This document shows, piece after piece, positions 57,297-64,000 of a stretch of DNA of 64,000 bases. The stretch's first letter is position 1, and each line of letters begins with the position of its first letter. The DNA comes from an uncultured Alphaproteobacteria bacterium (GTDB lineage: Bacteria; Pseudomonadota; Alphaproteobacteria; Rs-D84), in contig CANSHD010000002.1 in the NCBI GenBank assembly GCA_947646585.1, positions 136,997-200,996 on the forward strand. The letters are read 5' to 3'. The notes beneath the pieces were generated by a model. That model did not search any database. It was not told where the DNA came from and saw only the letters and a program-made list of their open reading frames with translations. A program made the translations under genes and the position numbers.

Positions 57297-58499
57297 ATGA
57301 AGAAGTATTTTGCGACTTTTGTGATGATGTTTGCGATAATGCCGGCGTTTGCGATAAACCTGGTCGGGGATACCGCGCGCGGGTGGTGGAATATAGGCAC
57401 GGGTAATGTAACCGGCGGGCCGGAGGAGTTTATTATTGACGGATGCATCGGCAAGAACTGTTCGCACGGTACATATGGTGATGAATGGGGTGCGGTTGCA
57501 ATGATTGCCGTTCAAATTGTTGAACACGGCGGTTATTTTTGCCCGTATCAGGTACAATGTGCGAATAAACGCAAAAAGAAGAGAACTTGGACGGTGTATT
57601 ACCGGCCGAGCGGTTATTCCAAAGATAAATGTGCATGGTTGTGTGAGCCCGGATATAGTGGTACAAATTGTGCGCCGGCCGAGAATATTCCGTTGGCATG
57701 CGATGAAAAACCGCAAAAGAAAACCTCGGGCGGACGTTTTTCCGGCTTGAGTTTGAAGACATGGGGCGGCGATTCCGAAGGTGTGGAGAGCGAAGTCTGG
57801 GGATTTAGCCAGTGGGGAAGCGACCCCGAATGCGATACGTTGCTGGGTATTGTTAAGTATTTGGAGCATGGCGTAATTGCGGGTGCGGTTAATGTGTGCT
57901 GTGGACGCGATAATTGGAAGGGTATCGATTCTTTTATCGGTAGTATCGGCACCTCGCAGGTAAGCCAGAAATTATTGTGTGCCGAAGGCTATACCGCCAA
58001 TGCGGGTGCGAATGACTGTGTGCCGGTCGATGCTGATTTTTGCGCGGTGCAGAATATGTCGTTTTGTCAGAATTTCGACCGTGGCGGATATGATAAAACA
58101 ATTCATTATCTGGATTCCAGCAGCGGTTGTGTAAAGTATTTGTGCAGCGAAACAGGAACGGCATTCCCGGCGGTGGGCGATACGACATGCGCGCCGTGCG
58201 GCACGGGCGCCAAGGGCGGTCCGAGTCCCAAAAACGGCGTTTGCGTTGTATGTCAAACCGGTCAGATTTTTGATTCCGAGAGCGGTACGTGCGTGTCCGC
58301 GGCCGCCTATTCCAAAAGTGACCTGCAGTACGGCAAGGCACAGACCAAAAATTCGATAAGCGTGTCCAAGCAGTGCTGGACGTTAACCACGCCGGAAGAA
58401 TATACGGTATGCGTTACCAGCGGCGGCGCCCGCACGCCGGCGGGCGCCGCCTCGTCCGGCGCGACGGTTCGCGCCGCGCGACAGCCGATACGTCGATAA
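57297..58499 (+). CDS. Secreted Cys-rich protein with an EGF-like motif
   Basis: Signal peptide MKKYFATFVMMFAIMPAFA. CAWLCEPGYSGTNC fits the EGF spacing. Confidence 0.6.
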   Translation: MKKYFATFVMMFAIMPAFAINLVGDTARGWWNIGTGNVTGGPEEFIIDGCIGKNCSHGTYGDEWGAVAMIAVQIVEHGGYFCPYQVQCANKRKKKRTWTVYYRPSGYSKDKCAWLCEPGYSGTNCAPAENIPLACDEKPQKKTSGGRFSGLSLKTWGGDSEGVESEVWGFSQWGSDPECDTLLGIVKYLEHGVIAGAVNVCCGRDNWKGIDSFIGSIGTSQVSQKLLCAEGYTANAGANDCVPVDADFCAVQNMSFCQNFDRGGYDKTIHYLDSSSGCVKYLCSETGTAFPAVGDTTCAPCGTGAKGGPSPKNGVCVVCQTGQIFDSESGTCVSAAAYSKSDLQYGKAQTKNSISVSKQCWTLTTPEEYTVCVTSGGARTPAGAASSGATVRAARQPIRR

Positions 58500-58505
58500 A
58501 GTGCA

Positions 58506-58540
58506 TAAAAAATCCCGCCGTTTGGCGGGATTTTTATTTT
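58506..58540. terminator. Bidirectional terminator
   Basis: aaaaaatcccgccgtttggcgggatttttatttt. Confidence 0.7.
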
Positions 58541-58549
58541 GAGATTCTT

Positions 58550-58963
58550 TTAAGCGGCGCCGTTCAATGTTTTCATAAGTTTCATTATCATCTGGCGCGT
58601 TTCGTCGTTCGGCAATTTCCAGTACAGGTTGATAAGTTGTAACGACTCGTTCTTGCCCAACGGGTCGTTGGCGGTCTGTTCCGCCACGTGTAATGAACGA
58701 CTGGCCTTTGTTTCTTCGGGCATGTTCCCGGGCAGACCGGTAAAAAAGAATGATACCGGCGTTTCCAAAAGAGTGCTAAGTTCAAACAGGCGGGCCGCAG
58801 AAACGCGGTTGCCGGCCGTTTCATATTTTTGAATCTGCTGAAAAGTGACACCGCATTTTTTTGCCAAATCTTTCTGGGACAACCCCATCATGGTTCGACG
58901 CAGTTGCAGTCTTTGGCCGATATGTTCATCTACGGCTGTCGGGGTAAATGCTTTACCGCTCAT
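58550..58963 (-). CDS. XRE-family helix-turn-helix transcriptional regulator
   Basis: IGQRLQLRRTMMGLSQKDLAKKCGVTFQQIQKYETAGNRVSAARLFELSTLL. Confidence 0.75.
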   Translation of the reverse strand: MSGKAFTPTAVDEHIGQRLQLRRTMMGLSQKDLAKKCGVTFQQIQKYETAGNRVSAARLFELSTLLETPVSFFFTGLPGNMPEETKASRSLHVAEQTANDPLGKNESLQLINLYWKLPNDETRQMIMKLMKTLNGAA

Positions 58964-59091
58964 TTTTTTCCTCTCCAATGCAAGACCTAACATATGATAT
59001 TTATCCTATTTATACATGTTTTCTTTTTCTTTTGCAATCAAAAAACTGTTGTGATATCGTTCGCTTTGAATTTGAAAAACAGGGGAAAAGT

Positions 59092-60567
59092 ATGACAAAA
59101 CCAGTTGTTTTATGCATTATGGACGGGGTTGGAATTAATCCAAATTCAGCGCATAACGCAGTGGCGATGGCAAATATGCCATTTTTTGACAAATTGTTGA
59201 AACAGTATCCGCATTCCGTGTTGGATGCCAGTGGTCCGGCGGTGGGATTGCCGGTGGGTACGATGGGAAATTCAGAGGTCGGTCATATTACAATGGGAGC
59301 CGGTCGCGTGGTAAACCAATTCCTGCGCCGTTTTCAGATTGAAAACTGGGACAAAAATACTGCTTTGCGTGATTTTATCGCCGATGTTCGGGTGCGTGGC
59401 GGCATTGTTCATTTTGCGGGCATGATGTCCGACGGGCGCGTGCATTCGAATCTGGACGACATGCTGCTGATAATGCGGCGCGTGCTGGATGCGGGGCTGC
59501 GCGTGTGCATTCACTTTATTGCGGACGGGCGCGATACCCTGCCCCAGTCTGCGCCGGAATACGTGGCAAAGATACAGACCGAACTGGCGGCGTATCTGGC
59601 CGACGGGCGTGCGTTCTTTGGAACGCTGTCGGGGCGTTATTACGCAATGGACCGCAATCAGAATATGGACCGCACAGAGTTGGCGTTTGATGCGATTGCG
59701 TGCGCGAAATCAGAATTTACCACGCCGACGATTGACGCGGCGTTGGCGGATGCATATGGCCGCGGCGAGACGGACGAATTTATCAAGCCGATTGTTATCA
59801 ACGGCGACGTGGCGATTACGGATAAGGACGGTTTTCTGTTCGGCAATTACCGCAGTGACCGCGCGCGCCAGATTGTTCGCGCAATGCTGAAAACAGGCGC
59901 ACGCATGTTGTGCTTTTCCCAGTATGGCGAAGGGCTGAACGAACACTGTCCGGCCCTGTTGCCGGACGAGGCTGTTTTGAACACGCTGGGCGACGTGCTG
60001 GCGGCGGCCGGCAAAAGCCAGCTGCGCATTGCGGAAACGGAAAAGTACAATCACGTAACATATTTCTTTGATGCCGAACGGAACATTGATTTCCCGCATT
60101 CGGACAAGGTTCTGATTGCGTCGCCGGCCGTTGCAACGTTTGATATGAAGCCGGAAATGTCGGCGGTGGAAATTACAGACGCGCTGTTGCCGAAACTGTC
60201 GAAATTTGACGTGGTTATTTTGAATTATGCCAACGGCGACATGGTTGGTCATACCGGCAATGAACAGGCCACAATCAAAGCCATGGAAACATTGGACGCC
60301 CAGCTGGCGCGTCTGGTGCCGGCGGTGCTGGCGCTGGATGGGACGGTGCTGATTACGGCCGACCACGGAAATGCGGAAAAGTTGTGGGATGACGAGAATA
60401 ATCTGCCTTGGACGGCGCACACGACCAATCCTGTGAATTTCATCGTGGTGTCCAATGAAGAACATTGTGCGCATGACGGCGGCCTGGCCGATATTGCGCC
60501 GACGGTTCTGAAACTGGCGGGGGTTGCGGCGCCGGCGGATATGACCGGAAAATCACTGGTTGATTAA
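59092..60567 (+). CDS. gpmI: 2,3-bisphosphoglycerate-independent phosphoglycerate mutase
   Basis: MTKPVVLCIMDGVGIN...GNSEVGHITMGAGRVV. Confidence 0.9.
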   Translation: MTKPVVLCIMDGVGINPNSAHNAVAMANMPFFDKLLKQYPHSVLDASGPAVGLPVGTMGNSEVGHITMGAGRVVNQFLRRFQIENWDKNTALRDFIADVRVRGGIVHFAGMMSDGRVHSNLDDMLLIMRRVLDAGLRVCIHFIADGRDTLPQSAPEYVAKIQTELAAYLADGRAFFGTLSGRYYAMDRNQNMDRTELAFDAIACAKSEFTTPTIDAALADAYGRGETDEFIKPIVINGDVAITDKDGFLFGNYRSDRARQIVRAMLKTGARMLCFSQYGEGLNEHCPALLPDEAVLNTLGDVLAAAGKSQLRIAETEKYNHVTYFFDAERNIDFPHSDKVLIASPAVATFDMKPEMSAVEITDALLPKLSKFDVVILNYANGDMVGHTGNEQATIKAMETLDAQLARLVPAVLALDGTVLITADHGNAEKLWDDENNLPWTAHTTNPVNFIVVSNEEHCAHDGGLADIAPTVLKLAGVAAPADMTGKSLVD

Positions 60568-60568
60568 A

Positions 60569-60598
60569 CAAATGCCCCGAACGGGGCATTTTTATTTC
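60569..60598 (+). terminator. Intrinsic terminator, duplicate of the one at 18338
   Basis: aaatgccccgaacggggcatttttatttc. Confidence 0.7.
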
Positions 60599-60865
60599 TT
60601 GTTTTTGCGGCCCGTATATTATATACTGAGAATGTCGGCGAGAGTTTCGCCGACGGGGTGTCAGAACCTCTGCTTACGCGTCGTTGATTGGTGGCGCATT
60701 GCGCCTGTTTTTATATCGCGACGAAAAACAAACTCCTGAACCGCGGGTCAGGAGGGATGCGAATATACTGAATAAGCACACAATTCGTAAGATTGTTCTG
60801 AACCTCCTGACCACTCAAATTTTGGGTGGTTTTTCATTTCGAAAAAAATACAGGAGACAAGAATA
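60599..60865 (+). promoter_or_regulatory. Type A structured leader, copy 2
   Basis: -10-like tatattat. P1 is ctcctgaaccgcgggtcaggag (60733-60754). The antiterminator pairs ggtcaggagg with cctcctgacc (60803-60812). The terminator is accactcaaattttgggtggt followed by T5. RBS caggaga. Confidence 0.65.
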
Positions 60866-61372
60866 ATGAGATTAAAACTTTTTCTGCCGGTCATATTGTG
60901 TTTGACCGTGTTTAACCATGCCATGGGTGCCACAAGTGTATGTTGCGACCAAAAAGTTATAGATGGGCAGCCTTGCCAATGCTATTCTGATGCGACCGGC
61001 AGCTGTGCTGGCTGCAGTAGTGCATCAGGGAGTGGTTGCACAAACTGTACCGGTACGGATTGGACGCCGGCCAGTACCACCGGGTACGAGTCTAGAAAAA
61101 AAGCGATATGTATGACGGGAAGCTGCTCTCAGTTACTTGAGTTTAGGTGTTCCGCGGGCTATTATGGCGAAAGTACTAATGGAACGTCTGGTTGTACACG
61201 GTGTCCAAGGCTTCTTGGTAAAAGTTTTTGGGTGTATGGTATTTCGCCGGCCGGTGCCGCTGCAATAACACAGTGCTATTTCCCAAAGGGCACAACAAAT
61301 GACACCGGCCCCTTGGACCAAAGTGGGACATATGTTTTTACTGCTGATTGTTATTACAACGGCGGGCTTTGA
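60866..61372 (+). CDS. Secreted Cys-rich protein, family member A2 (168 aa)
   Basis: Aligns along its full length with A1 (18624..19112). The conserved C-terminal module carries an RLLGKSFW insertion. Confidence 0.7.
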   Translation: MRLKLFLPVILCLTVFNHAMGATSVCCDQKVIDGQPCQCYSDATGSCAGCSSASGSGCTNCTGTDWTPASTTGYESRKKAICMTGSCSQLLEFRCSAGYYGESTNGTSGCTRCPRLLGKSFWVYGISPAGAAAITQCYFPKGTTNDTGPLDQSGTYVFTADCYYNGGL

Positions 61373-61796
61373 AAAAATCGCGCAACATTTGGGCGGATTC
61401 TGCGGCGTGGTCCGATATTTGGGTAACCCCGGGGTGCCACAAGTGGCGGTCTGTGTCAAATATGCGCGCATTGGTCGTTATGCCACCGCCCTTTTCGTCT
61501 GTGGCGGCAAAGTATATGTGGCGCATGCGCGCAAAAGATATCGCCGTGGCGCACATTGCGCACGGCTCCAATGATACATATATGTCGCATTCGTACAAAA
61601 ATTTTTGCCCCAGTTTTTTGCAGGCGCGGTTGATTGCGACGATTTCTGCGTGCAGTGTCGGGTTCTGTTTTTGTTGCACCTTGTTTTCACCGCGCGCGAT
61701 TATTTTCCCGTCACAGACAATAACGGCGCCAATCGGCACGTCGCCATGTTTGGTGGCGCGGCGGGCTGAAATTAAAGCTTGTTTCATAAAATCCAT
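61338..61796 (-). CDS. tadA: tRNA-specific adenosine deaminase
   Basis: HAE and PCAMC zinc ligands. 152 aa. 35-bp convergent overlap with A2. Confidence 0.85.
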   Translation of the reverse strand: MDFMKQALISARRATKHGDVPIGAVIVCDGKIIARGENKVQQKQNPTLHAEIVAINRACKKLGQKFLYECDIYVSLEPCAMCATAISFARMRHIYFAATDEKGGGITTNARIFDTDRHLWHPGVTQISDHAAESAQMLRDFFKARRCNNNQQ

Positions 61797-61813
61797 ACGT
61801 TAAAGTATATGGC

Positions 61814-62356
61814 ATGGATTCAAAATTGCAAATTATTTCCGGGGAATTTCGCGGGCGTAAATTACGCCTGCCGACGGGGGCACGTCCGACACAAAACCGC
61901 GCCCGTATTGCCCTGTTCAATGTTATGCAGTCCATGGGGCTGCAGCCCGGCATGGTTTGGGATGCATTCGCGGGCAGCGGCGCGTTCGGCATTGAATGCC
62001 TGTCGCGGTGGCCGGAATGCAACGCGGTGTTTTCAGATTTTGCGCCGACCACGGTGCGCGGCAATTTGGCGGCGATGAATATCGGCGCGCGCGCAACGGT
62101 TGTGACGGGCGATGCGATGTCGTATATTGACCGGTACGGCGCGGCGGCCGATTTGATTTTTGTTGACCCGCCATATGCGGACGCGGATGTCGGCGCGGCG
62201 TTTGTAAAAAAAGTCGGCGCGGTTGCGCGGCCGGGCACGATACTTATTTGGGAACAGGACGGGCAAAACGCCACCCTGCCCGATTTAACAGTGTGGGAAA
62301 TTGTGCGGGACAAGCAATACGGGCGCGCGCGTTTTCTGTTTTTGTGTAAAAAATAA
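61814..62356 (+). CDS. rsmD: 16S rRNA (guanine966-N2)-methyltransferase
   Basis: IISGEFRGRKLRLP...DAFAGSGAFGIE...VDPPY. Confidence 0.85.
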   Translation: MDSKLQIISGEFRGRKLRLPTGARPTQNRARIALFNVMQSMGLQPGMVWDAFAGSGAFGIECLSRWPECNAVFSDFAPTTVRGNLAAMNIGARATVVTGDAMSYIDRYGAAADLIFVDPPYADADVGAAFVKKVGAVARPGTILIWEQDGQNATLPDLTVWEIVRDKQYGRARFLFLCKK

Positions 62357-62459
62357 ATAAAAACCTTGATTTTTGCATGTTTTTAATAAATAATTGCGTT
62401 CGCGCGGCACCCTTGGAGGTCGCGTGAAACATAAAAACATGCTATAAAAGGATAAAAAA

Positions 62460-63083
62460 ATGGCAATAAACTTGAATGCAGAAATTCGCGCGAATACTGG
62501 CAAGGGGGCCAGCCGCAGCATCCGCAATAATAAAAACGTCCCCGCTGTTATCTATGGTGAAAAGAAAGAACCGGTGGCGATTGTTCTGGACGGTCATGAC
62601 TTTGACATGTTGCTGAAGCGCCCGTCCTTGCGGACAAAACTGTTCCAAATTAAAACTCCGAACGGCACCGAAGACGCCATGCTGATGGATATTCAGTATC
62701 ATCCGGTAACCGACGCGGTTGTTCATGCGGACTTTAAGCGCATTGACGTTAAAAAGCCGGTCAACGTTGTCGTTCCGGTTGAGGTTGTCAATGTTGAAAC
62801 GTCCAAGGGTCTGAAACTGGGCGGTGTATTGAACTTTGCTGTACGTAAGGTTGCCCTGCGCGGTTTGGTTGATGTGATTCCGGAAAAAATCACGGTTGAT
62901 TTGTCGAATTTGACAATCGGCGACGTGGTTCACGGAACGGACTTGGTTCTGCCGGCCGGCATTGAACTGGGCCTGCACCAGGCGGAATTGGCGTTCGTAA
63001 CAATCGGCGGTAAGATGCCGGAAGAAGCGGATGCGGCGCCGAAAGCGGCGGCTGCGCCGGCCGCGGCACCTGCAAAGAAATAA
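62460..63083 (+). CDS. rplY: 50S ribosomal protein L25 / general stress protein Ctc
   Basis: MAINLNAEIRANTGKGASR... Two-domain Ctc form with an Ala/Pro/Lys tail. Confidence 0.9.
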   Translation: MAINLNAEIRANTGKGASRSIRNNKNVPAVIYGEKKEPVAIVLDGHDFDMLLKRPSLRTKLFQIKTPNGTEDAMLMDIQYHPVTDAVVHADFKRIDVKKPVNVVVPVEVVNVETSKGLKLGGVLNFAVRKVALRGLVDVIPEKITVDLSNLTIGDVVHGTDLVLPAGIELGLHQAELAFVTIGGKMPEEADAAPKAAAAPAAAPAKK

Positions 63084-63106
63084 TATTTTTTGCAAACACA
63101 AATCAA

Positions 63107-63132
63107 GTCGCCCCCGCGTGGGGCGATTTTTT
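63107..63132 (+). terminator. Intrinsic terminator
   Basis: tcgcccccgcgtggggcgatttttt. Confidence 0.7.
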
Positions 63133-63215
63133 CGTGTTATTTTTTTCCTGTGGTCTTGAAATGCTTTTTCGTGTTCACTATATCTGAGGCAAACAGAGTT
63201 ATAAGGAGTGAAAAA

Positions 63216-64000
63216 ATGGGAAAAGTATTAGGTATCGACTTGGGTACAACCAATTCCGCCATGGCGTTCATGGACGGAAACGACCCCAAGATTATCGAAA
63301 ATGCCGAAGGTCAGCGCACCACGCCGTCTGTTGTCGCATTGACGGCCAATGGCGAACAGCTGGTTGGAATTACCGCCAAGAACCAGGCGGTGACAAATCC
63401 GGAAAATACAATTTATGAAATCAAGCGTCTGATGGGCCTGCGCTACGACAGCCCGGCGGTCAAAGAAATCGCAGCGCGCGTACCGTATAAAATCGTACGT
63501 GGCGACAATGGCGACGCATGGGTTGAAATGGAGGGCAAAAAGTACGCCCCATCCCAGATTTCGGCCATGATTTTGGCAAAGCTGAAGAAAGATGCCGAAA
63601 ATTATCTGGGCGAACCGATTACAGATGCTGTTATTACCGTGCCGGCATACTTTAACGATTCCCAGCGCCAGGCGACCAAAGACGCGGGCCGTATCGCGGG
63701 CTTGAACGTACTGCGTATCGTTAACGAGCCGACCGCGGCGGCGCTGGCATATGGTCTGGAAAAGGACAAGAACGGTATTGTCGCCGTGTATGACTTGGGC
63801 GGCGGAACGTTCGACGTGTCCATCTTGGAAATCGTTGACGGCGTGTTTGAGGTAAAATCCACAAACGGCGATACACAGCTGGGTGGTTCCGACTTTGACG
63901 CGCGTATTTTGGAATATCTGATTTCCGAATTCAAAGGTCAGACGGGCATTGATTTAAAGAATGATAAACTGGCGCTGCAGCGTTTGAAAGAAGCCGCGGA
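63216..64000 (+). CDS. dnaK: Chaperone DnaK (N-terminal part; runs off the window end)
   Basis: RBS taaggag. [18 protein letters not shown]...[17 protein letters not shown]...[12 protein letters not shown]. Confidence 0.95.
   Translation, partial: MGKVLGIDLGTTNSAMAFMDGNDPKIIENAEGQRTTPSVVALTANGEQLVGITAKNQAVTNPENTIYEIKRLMGLRYDSPAVKEIAARVPYKIVRGDNGDAWVEMEGKKYAPSQISAMILAKLKKDAENYLGEPITDAVITVPAYFNDSQRQATKDAGRIAGLNVLRIVNEPTAAALAYGLEKDKNGIVAVYDLGGGTFDVSILEIVDGVFEVKSTNGDTQLGGSDFDARILEYLISEFKGQTGIDLKNDKLALQRLKEAA

Noticed and set aside
1-64000. CRISPR arrays, transposases, integrases, prophage structural genes
   Set aside because: No short regularly spaced repeats were seen. No DDE or tyrosine-recombinase-like ORFs. 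The GH108 protein lacks any accompanying phage genes.

Overview
This 64 kb window looks like a chromosomal segment from an alphaproteobacterium. The evidence is the conserved ruvB-ybgC-tolQ-tolR-tolA gene order, a GcrA cell-cycle regulator, CpaA-type prepilin peptidase and lpxA-lpxB. GC content is moderately high (about 55-57% by eye).

Recognisable housekeeping genes are:
- M23 peptidase (partial, window start)
- TrmN6-like methyltransferase
- lpxA, lpxB
- four tRNAs: Leu-CAG, Ala-CGC, Leu-TAA, Val-CAC
- gcrA, corA, tRNA-Pro, acpS, adk, rpsA
- tig, rpsI, rplM, argS
- an OmpR-type two-component pair
- ruvB, ybgC, tolQRA
- a reduced RNase P RNA (rnpB) on the minus strand
- secA, dnaE, rsmH, gpmI
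- tadA, rsmD, rplY
- dnaK (partial, window end)

Between these lies an unusually large accessory complement of secreted, cysteine-rich proteins with eukaryote-like features:
- six small paralogs sharing a conserved C-terminal module of the form CxxGYYG...GCTRCP..GGxYG...CY, resembling GCC2/GCC3 or ephrin-receptor-like repeats
- a 1422-aa giant built from the same cysteine repeats plus Listeria-Bacteroides (Flg_new) repeats
- two large Thr/Ala/Arg-rich paralogs sharing a CMDQFC...YRRCxCS domain
- an EGF-like protein

The most striking observation is that four of the small Cys-rich genes are preceded by about 250-nt leaders. These fall into two variant types, each duplicated. Both types encode the same three mutually exclusive hairpins: an anti-antiterminator, an antiterminator and an intrinsic terminator sitting just before the ribosome-binding site. 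Complementarity is maintained by compensatory substitutions between the two variants. This is a strong candidate for an undescribed riboswitch or attenuator RNA.

A second accessory region sits immediately downstream of the tRNA cluster (8.8-15.6 kb). It is a tightly packed minus-strand operon: a CpaA-like prepilin peptidase, then four signal-peptide proteins. One of these carries a GH108 lysozyme-like plus PG_binding_3 C-terminus, and the operon contains a roughly 730-bp direct repeat.

No CRISPR array, transposase or integrase was seen. ORFs that run off the window edges are absent from the supplied ORF track and were translated by hand.
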